From Nitrospirota bacterium (GTDB lineage: Bacteria > Nitrospirota > UBA9217), in the NCBI GenBank assembly GCA_963845065.1, contig CAWJQQ010000005.1, forward strand, positions 1 through 64,000: a DNA stretch of 64,000 nucleotides, given 5' to 3'. Made by a program: the position numbers and the translations under genes. The notes beneath the pieces were generated by a model. The model was not told the DNA's origin and searched no databases. It saw only the letters and a program-made list of their open reading frames with translations. Below are positions 9,054 through 18,602 of the stretch, piece after piece; within the stretch, counting starts at the first letter, position 1, and every line of letters starts with the position of its first letter.

Positions 9054-10344
9054 GAACTGCTTTAATGATATCAGACTTGAGCAGTTTCATCAACTGAAGA
9101 GAGAGATTCGCGGTTCTACGGAGTATTTGATTGTCGGTCTGGACATCGCCAAGGAGAAGCACAACGCATTCTTTGGCACGGCTACTGGCACTTCATTGTA
9201 CAGAGGAATGTTCTTTGATAATACGTTGGAAGGTTTTCGCAAGCTGATCGCGCAGGTAGAAGCACTCAAGACGCAATATGGTCTTCCGAAGGTGGTCTTT
9301 GGCATGGAGCCGACGGGCAATTATCATAAGCCCCTGGCGGAATATCTTATAAAGAATGGTCACATGGTTGTTCTGGTATCTCCCTCATCAACAGCAAAGA
9401 ACCGAGAGCTTCTGGACGGCCGATGGGACAAACATGACACCAAGGATGCCGCGAACATTGCCGATCTCATCTCCCAGGGGAAATGCCTATACTACGACTT
9501 TCCGGAAACGGCTATCCGCGACATTAGGAGTCTCCTTTCGCTCAAGAAGCGGCTCAAAAAAGAGGACCAGGCAATGCAGGTCCGTATCCGCAATCAGCTG
9601 CTCGCCCAGTACTTCCCGGAGGTGGACCGTCATATCCGCGCAGATGTGAGCTTGGCCGTGATCCGGACCTGTCTTGATCCATCGTTGATTGCCAGGATGG
9701 AATACGACGAGTTTTGCCGGGCCGTAGCGCCAGGGAGGGTAAACTTTAGACAACAGCGACTGCTCTCCCAGATCTGGCAATTAGCCCACCAGTCTATCGG
9801 CTGCCACGCGGGAGAAACAGTTTCATTCGAAGCTGAGACGATGGTCTCGAATATCCATCATGTGCGGGAAGCGATCAAGATCCTGAACTATAAAATAGAA
9901 AACCTCTGCTTACCCTTTCCCGAATACCCCTGCCTATTAAGCATCCCTGGCTTTGGTCCGGAGGTATCGTCCACCGTCTTGGGTGCGATCGGCAATCCAT
10001 TCCGGTTTTCCTGTGGCAGGCAGGTTCTGAAGATGGCCGGTTACGATTTGTGCGCTGATCGAAGTGGTAAAACAGCATCAAATGCCGTGCCTGTTATCTC
10101 CAAAATGGGCAAGGTGGATCTTCGATTTGCACTATATCAGGCAGCGCTGATCGCCTCCAACAGCAACACCTATTTCATGACCTATTACACCAATAAGCTT
10201 AAAGATCGAAGTCAGGAGAAAGGAATCGGCATCAAAATGCGCGTGAAGCTTGCTGCGAAACTCCTGATCATCGCCTGGACGCTGATGAAGAAGAAAGAGA
10301 TGTTTGACCCGGCCTGTCTCATTATGGGGGATAGTCAGGTATAG
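9052..10344 (+). CDS. IS110 family transposase/recombinase
   Basis: DEDD RuvC-like motifs VGLDIAK, GMEPTG and KHDTKDA; SIPGFG; catalytic-Ser motif RSGK; AGGAGG before ATG 9052. Confidence 0.95.
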   Translation: MNCFNDIRLEQFHQLKREIRGSTEYLIVGLDIAKEKHNAFFGTATGTSLYRGMFFDNTLEGFRKLIAQVEALKTQYGLPKVVFGMEPTGNYHKPLAEYLIKNGHMVVLVSPSSTAKNRELLDGRWDKHDTKDAANIADLISQGKCLYYDFPETAIRDIRSLLSLKKRLKKEDQAMQVRIRNQLLAQYFPEVDRHIRADVSLAVIRTCLDPSLIARMEYDEFCRAVAPGRVNFRQQRLLSQIWQLAHQSIGCHAGETVSFEAETMVSNIHHVREAIKILNYKIENLCLPFPEYPCLLSIPGFGPEVSSTVLGAIGNPFRFSCGRQVLKMAGYDLCADRSGKTASNAVPVISKMGKVDLRFALYQAALIASNSNTYFMTYYTNKLKDRSQEKGIGIKMRVKLAAKLLIIAWTLMKKKEMFDPACLIMGDSQV

Positions 10345-10410
10345 GCCAGTCCAAAAGAACTCAAATGCGGATTTCCTGCGCAATCTTTTTCTGAGCTGGA
10401 AGCCTGAAAA

Positions 10411-10645
10411 ACCGATTTTCGACGAAGAGAGCCCGGTCAACCAGATTGAGGCGTATGACCTCGGTGAATACACTACAGGGCCTCTTACTAAACTTGAAAT
10501 TCTGGATAAGGGATGCTAGGCGGCCCCGCACGCCGGATAATCAATAACTCTTAGAGTCAAGTTCGCTTCACGTAAGAGAGACTCGTCGAGCAAAACCAAA
10601 GATATCCGCAATGGATGCACAATGAAGGAATGTTCTCAAATCGGT
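10411..10645 (+). ncRNA. candidate IS110 bridge/seek RNA in the right end
   Basis: Nested stems ACCGATTT/AAATCGGT, TCGACGA/TCGTCGA, CTCTTAC/GTAAGAG and AACTTGA/TCAAGTT. Loop segment GGATGCTAG matches the circle junction GGATGTTAG at 8/9. Confidence 0.6.
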
Positions 10646-10753
10646 CGACGAAATAAATTGAACGAAATTCTTGTCTTATGATTTTTTAAAGGAGACCCTT
10701 GACAGCAGGAGTATAGGATGTTAATTGCCTCTGTCACAACATTGACATTCAAC

Positions 10754-10860
10754 ACTAATACAAACGCACTGAGAATTGTGACAAATTCAAAATAGTTGCT
10801 TCATTTAATCAATGTGTTAAGTAGTGTAAACGTATCAATTTATTCTGCGTTTGTATTAGT
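10754..10860. repeat. 107-bp element with perfect 15-bp inverted repeats (MITE-like)
   Basis: ACTAATACAAACGCA (10754-10768) and TGCGTTTGTATTAGT (10846-10860). Confidence 0.65.
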
Positions 10861-11192
10861 AGGTGTACTCAACGTTCGCAAGGTGTCCCTAGAAGTGAAA
10901 ACTATCGGTTGGAACATTATGTCCTTACTTCTCTTTGAAATCTGCATACCATAAGATAGCCCACGATGCTCTATCCTGCAGATAAATTCCATTGAACTGA
11001 CCTTTTCTCAGAGGATTCAATTTGAAATAACAATGAAAAATACGTAGGTGAGTGAATTTCAAAAACCTCTCAAATATTATGAGAAAGGTTATCTGCACTA
11101 TCGTAGTACCTAAAGGAATGATGTGGCACCTCTTGATAAAAAGGGTAAAGAATGCTACTATTACCTCGAATAGTAGAGAGAGGAGACAAATA

Positions 11193-11414
11193 ATGAGAGT
11201 TAAAGACCTTCCCGAAATCTCTACCCTGAGCACACCCGAAAAGATCTTGCTGGTCGAAGATCTTTGGGACAGCATCTCTTCAGATGAATCTTCCGTTATT
11301 GTACCGGAGAGTCACAAAGATGAACTGTATAAACGACTCAAACGGTATCAATCTGCGCCGGGCCCCCTCCTGTCGCTTGATGACCTCAGAACAAGAATAG
11401 CAAACAAAAAATGA
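11193..11414 (+). CDS. addiction module antitoxin (TIGR02574-like)
   Basis: LSTPEKILLVEDLWDSI...ELYKRL motif; AGGAG RBS; overlaps the toxin gene. Confidence 0.85.
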   Translation: MRVKDLPEISTLSTPEKILLVEDLWDSISSDESSVIVPESHKDELYKRLKRYQSAPGPLLSLDDLRTRIANKK

Positions 11415-11722
11415 CATACACGCTTCGTTTTCTGCCTGAAGTCGAAGATGATGCTATCAGCGGCTATACGTGGTACGAAGCGAAATCGCCCGGACTTGGC
11501 GAAGAGTTTCTTAGGATGTTTTATGCGTGTACGTGTGATATTCCCCGTAACCCCCTTCTTTACCAGAAAGTTCATAACGAATTCAGACGTTGCTTGCTCA
11601 GACGCTTTCCTTACGCCATCTATTTCATAATTAACAACGATCAGATTATAGTAACTGGTCTATTCCACTGTGCCCGTGATCCTCGCGCTGTTGAATCAAA
11701 GATGAGGATTCGCAAAGAATGA
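11411..11722 (+). CDS. ParE/RelE family toxin
   Basis: LRFLPEVEDD...WYE...GLGEEF...RRCLLRRFPYAIYF...FHCARDP. Confidence 0.9.
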   Translation: MTYTLRFLPEVEDDAISGYTWYEAKSPGLGEEFLRMFYACTCDIPRNPLLYQKVHNEFRRCLLRRFPYAIYFIINNDQIIVTGLFHCARDPRAVESKMRIRKE

Positions 11723-12138
11723 GTCGCTTAAGAATCACCTACGTCAATCGCTTCGCCGCGAGTGACACATTGCTTATTTCGAAATTGGCGCTATGTTCTA
11801 GGCAGAACTCACCTTAGTGGATTATCAAGTCTCAAACGTTCTGCAATCGCATTTAATAAGCGCTAGTACAACCTGTAGGTGGAGCTCGGACTATAGATGC
11901 ACTCTACATTTTACAAAAGTTCCACCATTATTTAGTTTATGATGAATTATTCATTTTAAAAAGTCTAATCGTTACTTGAAGAGGAATTCTTCGGTTTAAT
12001 ATAGAGGAGTGGTCTTCCTACAATAGCGGAGTCAGAGTGAGAAAATCCAAAGATGTACGTTGATTTTGTAGACTTTCCATAAACCAAAATAAATGGTAAC
12101 CAATATATAAGTAATTGAAAAAATACAACTTATTTTTT

Positions 12139-12214
12139 TGGTGGTCCCAACGGGAATCGAACCCGTGTCTCCGGCGTGAGAGGCCAGCGTCCTAGGCCGC
12201 TAGACGATGGGACC
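12139..12214 (-). tRNA. tRNA-Glu (anticodon CTC)
   Basis: Reverse complement is GGTCCCATCGTCTAGCGG...CTCTCAC...GGTTCGATTCCCGTTGGGACCACCA; folds as a cloverleaf with encoded CCA. Confidence 0.97.
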
Positions 12215-12314
12215 TTGAAGAGAGTTGAGCGTTATTAGATGAGTCATCGCATGAAAAAGCCGAGAGTGTCATGAATCATACTCATAAGAAAAAAACGCAA
12301 CTCAAAACTGATTA

Positions 12315-12388
12315 TGGTTGGGGGAGGAGGATTCGAACCCCCGTAAACAGGTTCAGAGCCTGTCGTCCTACCACTGGACGATCCCCCA
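12315..12388 (-). tRNA. tRNA-Gln (anticodon CTG)
   Basis: Reverse complement is TGGGGGATCGTCCAGTGG...CTCTGAA...GGTTCGAATCCTCCTCCCCCAACCA. Confidence 0.97.
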
Positions 12389-12406
12389 AGCATGTACAGA
12401 CTTAGC

Positions 12407-12435
12407 AATATATCCAAAACCCCTGCGAGTGTCAA
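12407..12435 (-). promoter_or_regulatory. sigma70-type promoter of the tRNA-Gln/tRNA-Glu pair
   Basis: TTGACA-17 bp-TATATT on the minus strand, just upstream of tRNA-Gln. Confidence 0.75.
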
Positions 12436-12607
12436 GGGTAAAAACACCTGTTTTGCCTCAATTGTCAGCCCGTTCCGCACAAAAGGCAAGCAAGAACATC
12501 CTTACAGGTGAATATTCTGCTCTTCCCATTTATCTTCTTGACAGTCTCAACCGCATACGGTATTACTGGTATTATTGATTATCCAATACAAAAGCAGGTA
12601 AACATTA

Positions 12608-14269
12608 ATGACTCCGAATCGAATCAAGACTGTATACGTTGTAGGACACACAACACCAGACACGGATTCCGTGTGCTCCTCCATTGCCTACGCATATTTC
12701 AAGAACATAACGGACAAACGGTATCTCTTCACGCCTGTCCGGGCCGGGAAGCTAAACCATGAGACTTCCTTTGTGCTCGAAAAGTTCGGCGTACCCGTTT
12801 CAGCGGACATAGACAGCCTTGCTGCGACTGTGAGCGACCTGGAGCTCAAGCGTCCTATCGCCGTTAACGTCCGCGATTCCATACAAGTATTGGCACTGAT
12901 TATGCGCGAGCAGGGCGTGCGGTCGGTCCCGGTTGAGGACGCATCCGGAAGGCTGGCCGGCGTTGTGGGGTTAAAAGACATTGCTCGCCATTACATGGAC
13001 AGTGTTGGCTTTGCCGATCTTTCCAAGGCGCCTATCGAGATCGACATCCTTTTGAAAACGCTTGACGGTCGTGTCATCAGCAATACGAAACAGATCACGG
13101 TATTGACCGGCAGGGTGTTGATCGCCGCTATGCAGCGCGGGACTATCCTAAATCGTATTCGTCCCGGCGACGTTGTCGTTGTGGGCGACCAGAACGATAT
13201 ACAGCTGGAGCTGATCAGGATGGAGTGTGGTGCTGTCATTGTAACTGACAACGCGCAGATTACGAATGAGGTTATAGCAGCAGCCAAAATGAAAGACGTC
13301 ATGATCATTTCATCCCCCAAGCCAGCCTTTGCCACTGTCCAGCTCATGACTATGTCCGAGCCTGTGTCCTCTATCATGACAACGACCAACCCGACGGTCG
13401 GCCTTTACACTCCTATCATAGAATTGCGAACAAAGATCGTAGAGTCCGATTACCGTTCCGTGGTCGTCGTGGACAGCGACAACCGGTTGATTGGCTTCGT
13501 TACGCGAACTGACCTCTTAAAACCGGTGCGCAAGATGGCGGTTCTCGTCGACCACAACGAGCTATCGCAGGCAGTGGACGGCATTGAGGAGGCCGAGATT
13601 CTTGAGATAATTGATCACCATCGCGTGGGAGACATCTCCACTACAGCGCCGATCTATGTGTACAACGATCCCGTTGGGAGCACCTGTACCGTCGTTGCAG
13701 GCATGATGTTTTTGTACCAGACCCACATCCCGAAGGAAATTGCCGGCATCTTGCTCTCCGGTATTCTGTCGGACACTTTGCTCTTGACGCTTTCTACAAC
13801 CACGGAGCGGGACCGTGCTACGGCCCACAGGTTGGCCGAGATCGCTGAAATCGAAATCCAATCCTATGCCAAGGAACTGCTGCATGAAAGCATCAATCTC
13901 GAGGACAAGACCGCGGCAGAGTTGATCGCAGGAGACTTCAAGGAATTCCTGATCAACGGGAAAAAACTCGGTGTGAGCCAGATGATGTCCCTGGACTGCG
14001 CAGAAATCGACGCGCGTGAACGTGAGCTGGTTGACGAGCTTGAGCGCCTGCGATCAGCGAATAATTACGCTCTCGCCGTGCTCTTGGTATTGAACCCGTT
14101 CGGCAAAGGGCAGGAACGGATCCTCTTGAGGGGTGAGACGTGGATCGTTGAAAAAGCGTTTAATGTAAAGGTCGCAAACGACACCTGCACTGTGCCGCGT
14201 GTTATGTCACGAAAGAAAGACTTCATTCCCGCCATCGGCCAGGTTCTTAGCATGGGTCTAATACGGTAG
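12608..14269 (+). CDS. ppaC: manganese-dependent family II inorganic pyrophosphatase with CBS and DRTGG domains
   Basis: GHTTPDTDSVCS, LVDHNE, IIDHH, GILSDTL and SRKKDFIP motifs, with a CBS/DRTGG insert. Confidence 0.92.
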   Translation: MTPNRIKTVYVVGHTTPDTDSVCSSIAYAYFKNITDKRYLFTPVRAGKLNHETSFVLEKFGVPVSADIDSLAATVSDLELKRPIAVNVRDSIQVLALIMREQGVRSVPVEDASGRLAGVVGLKDIARHYMDSVGFADLSKAPIEIDILLKTLDGRVISNTKQITVLTGRVLIAAMQRGTILNRIRPGDVVVVGDQNDIQLELIRMECGAVIVTDNAQITNEVIAAAKMKDVMIISSPKPAFATVQLMTMSEPVSSIMTTTNPTVGLYTPIIELRTKIVESDYRSVVVVDSDNRLIGFVTRTDLLKPVRKMAVLVDHNELSQAVDGIEEAEILEIIDHHRVGDISTTAPIYVYNDPVGSTCTVVAGMMFLYQTHIPKEIAGILLSGILSDTLLLTLSTTTERDRATAHRLAEIAEIEIQSYAKELLHESINLEDKTAAELIAGDFKEFLINGKKLGVSQMMSLDCAEIDARERELVDELERLRSANNYALAVLLVLNPFGKGQERILLRGETWIVEKAFNVKVANDTCTVPRVMSRKKDFIPAIGQVLSMGLIR

Positions 14270-14293
14270 GCAGAAGACTTATCTCTGCAAGCT

Positions 14294-14447
14294 AACGTCC
14301 GCGCCGTAAAACCTGTCTCTTCAGGACGGGGATAAATGGCGTCGCCCAAAAGCGGTTCTATACCAAATTTCATTTAATAAACAATTTACACAAATAATAA
14401 TTGGATATATTAAAACAATTACATGGCGGGGCGAAATTCCACCCCTG
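14294..14447. repeat. degenerate IS200/IS605-type end hairpin (non-autonomous remnant)
   Basis: CGTCCGCGCCGTAAAACCTGTCTC-TTCA-GGACGGGGATAAATGGCG hairpin resembling IS605-family end palindromes. Confidence 0.4.
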
Positions 14448-14667
14448 CTTTGTTCTTTGAAACCAGAAGTATGGGGTTGCTAACACGTATCATAATTATT
14501 TTCATTTGATAACATATATGAAAAAATTTATTTACATGAAACTTAGTGTATGGGTAAAATAGCAGCGATAAGCCGGCAGGATGTCAAACAGACGTACACC
14601 GATTCCAAAGATTTCTCGGTTTCTGGTTGTTCATTGTTTTGCACCACATCAATAATCAAACAGGCGA

Positions 14668-14931
14668 TCAATTCGGGTCGCTTTTGTTTCTTTCCCTGCT
14701 CCTGAAAAACCATTCCCCAGTTTCTAAATCGTAATAGAGCGTGTAGATGTATGTATCGCTCCCCTTGACTGTGAAGAACCGTCGCTGATTTCTGGTCTTG
14801 TGCTCTTCCTCCACCCACATTTGTACGACCTCGAGAACATCAATCTTGCTCCCTTCGAACACGAATGAGCTCGGCCGTTCCGAACCGCGATAACCGGCAT
14901 AGATAGTAACTTCTATTTTATTACCGGCCAT
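14668..14931 (-). CDS. small conserved hypothetical protein (DUF6504-like)
   Basis: IEV..YAGYRGSERP..F....V.EV...W......FFTV......Y.LYYD...EW pattern. Confidence 0.65.
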   Translation of the reverse strand: MAGNKIEVTIYAGYRGSERPSSFVFEGSKIDVLEVVQMWVEEEHKTRNQRRFFTVKGSDTYIYTLYYDLETGEWFFRSRERNKSDPN

Positions 14932-15272
14932 GATATTCACTTTCCAATGCTAGGCAAAAAAACGTCTCTGCAATTTATGCAAAAAAAGCGGATTAAGCGA
15001 TATTTCAAAAAAATCCTAACAGCGGTCAGGGCAAGATTTGAGACCGATTCTCTGATGTTAGCTGTCGAACAAATTGCATCGTTCTTCTGCTCCCCCCCCG
15101 TATATCCTGGTGCCTTGCGCTTGTTTAAACAGTTGCCTGCAGACCGACACCATGTCGTTTTGCATGTCCTCATGTAAGGCGGCTGATGAACCCTGTACGT
15201 ACTTATCCACTTGACCAGAAACTCTTTGAGCGGGTGGAAATGATCCCCTAAAAAATACACAAAGAGACTCTG

Positions 15273-15400
15273 ATGAACCTCCACGCAGCAAACTGCGTGG
15301 TATCTATAAATAGGAAGACGATGATCAATTGAGAAACCTGCGGTTTCTCAAACTCTTTCCTTTATGCGGTGACCCTGTAGCAAGCTACAGGGAATTGCAA
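15273..15400 (+). repeat. 128-bp three-hairpin repeat, copy 1 (PATE/IS200-605-derived MITE-like)
   Basis: 122/128 identical to 18603-18730; hairpins CCACGCAG/CTGCGTGG, TTGAGAAACC/GGTTTCTCAA and CCCTGTAG/CTACAGGG. Confidence 0.9.
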
Positions 15401-15401
15401 A

Positions 15402-15788
15402 TTAAATATCTTTTTGTATCTCGTTTTTCCACCTTAACAATACAATGATAGCGAACCATATCGTTGTCCTCAAGAGCATGGCCATTACGCTGTTGATTGC
15501 AACGGCTTCCTTGAACGTTAGCAAAATAATAAGGATCATGAAAACAAGGCCATGGAGAGTAAGGATTGTAACCGCATACTTTGCGCCCCAAGTTTGCCGT
15601 TTCCATATACCAACACCAACAATGACTGCAACGAAGCCCAGGATGACATTGTACCACACAAGCCAGGGCAGAATGACATAGGCCTTTGCTGATATGCCGA
15701 GCAGTACGCTCCCCCCTTCCTTGATAGAAAGCAAACCCGGTATTATAGCTAGAATTGATGCAAGCCGTTCATTATTATGCTGCGTCAT
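15402..15788 (-). CDS. hypothetical membrane protein (about 4 TM)
   Basis: Hydrophobic 128-aa ORF with AAAGGTGG RBS before ATG 15788. Confidence 0.7.
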   Translation of the reverse strand: MTQHNNERLASILAIIPGLLSIKEGGSVLLGISAKAYVILPWLVWYNVILGFVAVIVGVGIWKRQTWGAKYAVTILTLHGLVFMILIILLTFKEAVAINSVMAMLLRTTIWFAIIVLLRWKNEIQKDI

Positions 15789-15843
15789 TCGTTTACCACC
15801 TTTGTCAATGAAATTCGCATTATTATGAATTCTTGGATGCTTC

Positions 15844-16854
15844 TCACCCCGGAGTATTGCTGGCAACAAGGTTTTCAAGCATAGTTATCGCGGCTTGCTG
15901 GCCCAAGACAATGAGCGTGTCCTTGGCCCCGATTATACTTGCAGAATCTGGATTAAAAACCATTTTGCCGTTTGCTTTTTTAATGCCAACGATGATCACG
16001 CCCGTGTCTCTGCGCATGCCCGCATCATTAAGGTTCTGGCCGATGAAGGTCGAGTAGGCAGGTATAACGATCTCTTCCATCTGCAGGTCGATGTGTTCTC
16101 GACCCGTAGCGATCTCGATAAAATCTACAACGTTTGGCCTCAGAATCGCCTGAGCCATGCGACTCCCGCCGATGTGATAGGGAGAGACGACCTTGTTAGC
16201 GCCCGCACGTTTGAGCTTAATGTCCGTGCCGGGATCGCTGGAACGCGCGAGAATAAAAAGGTCTGGGTTCAGCCCCCTCGCGGTAAGCGTGATATACACG
16301 TTCTCGGTGTCCGAGGTCACGACGGAAACGAGCCCCTTGGCTCTCTTTATCCCGGCTTTGAGCAGCGTCTCGTCTTCCGTGGCGTTCCCGCGCAGGAACA
16401 GCACGCTGCCTTCCTCCAGTTTTTCGATCACTGCGAGGTTGTTTTCCACGACAACGAAGGGGATCGGCTTGGCCGCGAACTCTGTGCAGACGAGCGATCC
16501 GATCCTTCCATAGCCGCAGACGATATAGTGATCCCGCAACTCATCGATATATTTTTCCACTTTTTTCCTCCCGAGAAAACGCTGGAACTGGCCTTCGAAC
16601 ATAATTTGCGCAAGCTTGCCCACAGTGTAACCGAGAACGGTCACGCCTATCACAATCAGCAGGATCGTAAATACTCGCCCTGCATCGCTCAGGGGGTGCA
16701 CTTCCTGGAACCCCACTGTCGCGATGGTGATTATCGTCATATAGAAGGCATCGAGAAAGCGCCAGTGTTCTATACTCATGTAACCTACCGTGCCGACGGA
16801 TACGAGCAGGAGAAGTATGAGCAGCGATATTTTTATCTGTCTGACAGGATTCAT
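15844..16854 (-). CDS. two-TM potassium channel protein with TrkA-N/TrkA-C (RCK) domains
   Basis: DAFYMTIITIATVGF pore region, HYIVCGYGRIG Rossmann motif, C-terminal TrkA-C. Confidence 0.92.
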   Translation of the reverse strand: MNPVRQIKISLLILLLLVSVGTVGYMSIEHWRFLDAFYMTIITIATVGFQEVHPLSDAGRVFTILLIVIGVTVLGYTVGKLAQIMFEGQFQRFLGRKKVEKYIDELRDHYIVCGYGRIGSLVCTEFAAKPIPFVVVENNLAVIEKLEEGSVLFLRGNATEDETLLKAGIKRAKGLVSVVTSDTENVYITLTARGLNPDLFILARSSDPGTDIKLKRAGANKVVSPYHIGGSRMAQAILRPNVVDFIEIATGREHIDLQMEEIVIPAYSTFIGQNLNDAGMRRDTGVIIVGIKKANGKMVFNPDSASIIGAKDTLIVLGQQAAITMLENLVASNTPG

Positions 16855-17079
16855 GGCCTCTTGCGAATACCCCCTTCACCGTGGTACGCCTGTGATGTAG
16901 TGTTGAGATATTGTATCAGAATAAGTTCGACTTTCAAAAATAATAATGTAAAGGTGGACCGAATGAAATTTGACAAACCGGTTCCCTGCAGAGGCGCAGC
17001 GGTCGAGAAACCTTAAAATATCAACTGTCCACTTTTCTCTGCGTTCCCTGTATCTCTTTTGGATAAAAAAACTCAACGA

Positions 17080-18402
17080 TTAATGATACGGATAGAATAT
17101 ATAAAATAGCAGCGACAGCGCAGCAAAGACCCACATTCCGATAGGCACTTCCTTATATTTTCCGACCATCGTTTTAAGGAGAGGATAGCTGAGCAGGCCC
17201 GCGGTTATGCCTACTCCAATATTGAACGTAAAGATCATCATCACGATCGTCAGGAAGGCCGGAATTAGCTCAGTATAATCGTAAATGTCGATACGCGTGA
17301 TCGGGCTGATCATGAAGCTGCCGATGGCTATCAGCGCGGCACCGTACGCATGGGGTGGCACCGACGTCAGGACCGGTGCAAAAAACAAGGCAAGCAGGAA
17401 CAGCACCCCTACTACGAGCGCAGTAAAGCCAGTCCGGCCCCCTGCTTCGATGCCTACTGCTGACTCGATGTATGCGCCTGTCGTCGTGGTCCCGAGCATC
17501 GGCGCAATCAGGTTAGCAACAGCGTCAACCAGCATAGGTTTTTCAATTTCCGGCAGATTCTCGTTTTTATCCAGGAGACCGCCACGCGCCGAGAGCCCAA
17601 TCAGAGTCCCCACCGTGTCAACATAAGCCATTACAAAAATGATGAACACAATCGGCAGGTTTTTGGGGGTGAGTGCCCCGGCGATATCAAGTTGCAGGAA
17701 TAGGGGAACGGGGCTTGGCGGCAGGCTCATGAATGATTTTGGTAGCGGTACGATTCTCCATAGTATCGAGACTATTGTCATCGCAAGTATGCCGAGGATA
17801 ATTGCTCCTCGTATTTTTTTGAGCGTAAGCCAGATAATAATGAAGAAACCAGCAACGGCAATCAGTACTGACGGCTGCGACATTTTTCCCAGGATTACCG
17901 GCGCACCCGGCACACCGAGGGACACTATACCTGTTTCGTTCAGGCCGACGAAGGTCAGGAACAACCCGATCCCGACACCAAAGCTGACCTTGAGCGATTG
18001 CGGAATGGCTTCGGCCATCCATCTGCGCACCCTTAGCAGTGTAAGCAAGGTAAAGATCACTCCTGCGATAAAAATCGCGCCGAGCGCGGTCTGCCATGGA
18101 CAGCCGAGCACGCGAACGACAGTGAACACGATAAAAGCATTTTCTCCCATATAGGGGGCGAGGGCGAAAGGACGCTTTGCGTAGATGCCCATTAAGAGCG
18201 TACCAAAAGCTGCAGAAAGGATTGTGGCGGTCATGGACGGGCCTTTGGGAATGCCAGCTGCTTCGAGGATCGCAGGATTCACGACGATGATGTAGGCCAT
18301 AGTTAGGAACGTCGCTACACCCGCTAACATTTCCTGTTTATAGCCCGTGTGATTCTTTGCGAATTCGAAATAGGCTTTCATGTGAATTGACTCCAACGAC
18401 AT
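17080..18402 (-). CDS. NCS2/AzgA family purine permease
   Basis: EMLAGVATFLTMAYIIVVNPAIL, APYMGENAF and ESAVGIEAGGRTG motifs; true start may be 18381. Confidence 0.9.
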   Translation of the reverse strand: MSLESIHMKAYFEFAKNHTGYKQEMLAGVATFLTMAYIIVVNPAILEAAGIPKGPSMTATILSAAFGTLLMGIYAKRPFALAPYMGENAFIVFTVVRVLGCPWQTALGAIFIAGVIFTLLTLLRVRRWMAEAIPQSLKVSFGVGIGLFLTFVGLNETGIVSLGVPGAPVILGKMSQPSVLIAVAGFFIIIWLTLKKIRGAIILGILAMTIVSILWRIVPLPKSFMSLPPSPVPLFLQLDIAGALTPKNLPIVFIIFVMAYVDTVGTLIGLSARGGLLDKNENLPEIEKPMLVDAVANLIAPMLGTTTTGAYIESAVGIEAGGRTGFTALVVGVLFLLALFFAPVLTSVPPHAYGAALIAIGSFMISPITRIDIYDYTELIPAFLTIVMMIFTFNIGVGITAGLLSYPLLKTMVGKYKEVPIGMWVFAALSLLFYIFYPYH

Positions 18403-18602
18403 CGTACCAGCTGGATTCTGACCACAACGTTAAGTAGTCCATCATTTCTTTGACTATGACGATAAATCGACCGTCATGGTCGCTTGGCATCGCGTTCTGC
18501 AATAAATATACGAAAGCGTCAGTTATATTCCCTTAATTGAGTAGTTGAATGAGTCATTAGCCAAACTCAATGAACTCTCCCACCACTAAATTGCAAAAGC
18601 GA

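Larger units (their letters stand above)
8941..10723 (+). mobile_element. IS110-family insertion sequence (about 1.78 kb, long right end)
   Basis: GTTA occurs at both 8937-8940 and 10720-10723. Joining the ends gives TTGACA-17 bp-TAGACT. Subterminal TAGGA/TCCTA inverted repeat; contains the transposase. Confidence 0.8.

Noticed and set aside
10304..10519. 71-aa ORF in the IS110 right end
   Set aside because: It overlaps the transposase end and the structured RNA region, and has no recognisable motif or RBS.
8949..10713. Alternative IS110 ends with TA core (junction TTGACA-17-TAGAAT)
   Set aside because: This also yields a promoter, but the 8941-10723 model explains the 4-bp shared core, the subterminal IR, the restored target hairpin and the RNA loop match.
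15895..17016. 373-aa plus-strand ORF, likewise 58410-59681 and other long antisense ORFs
   Set aside because: These are shadows of well-supported genes on the opposite strand.
18403..18600. Purine riboswitch upstream of the NCS2 permease
   Set aside because: Only one simple hairpin is present, and the conserved aptamer core was not found.
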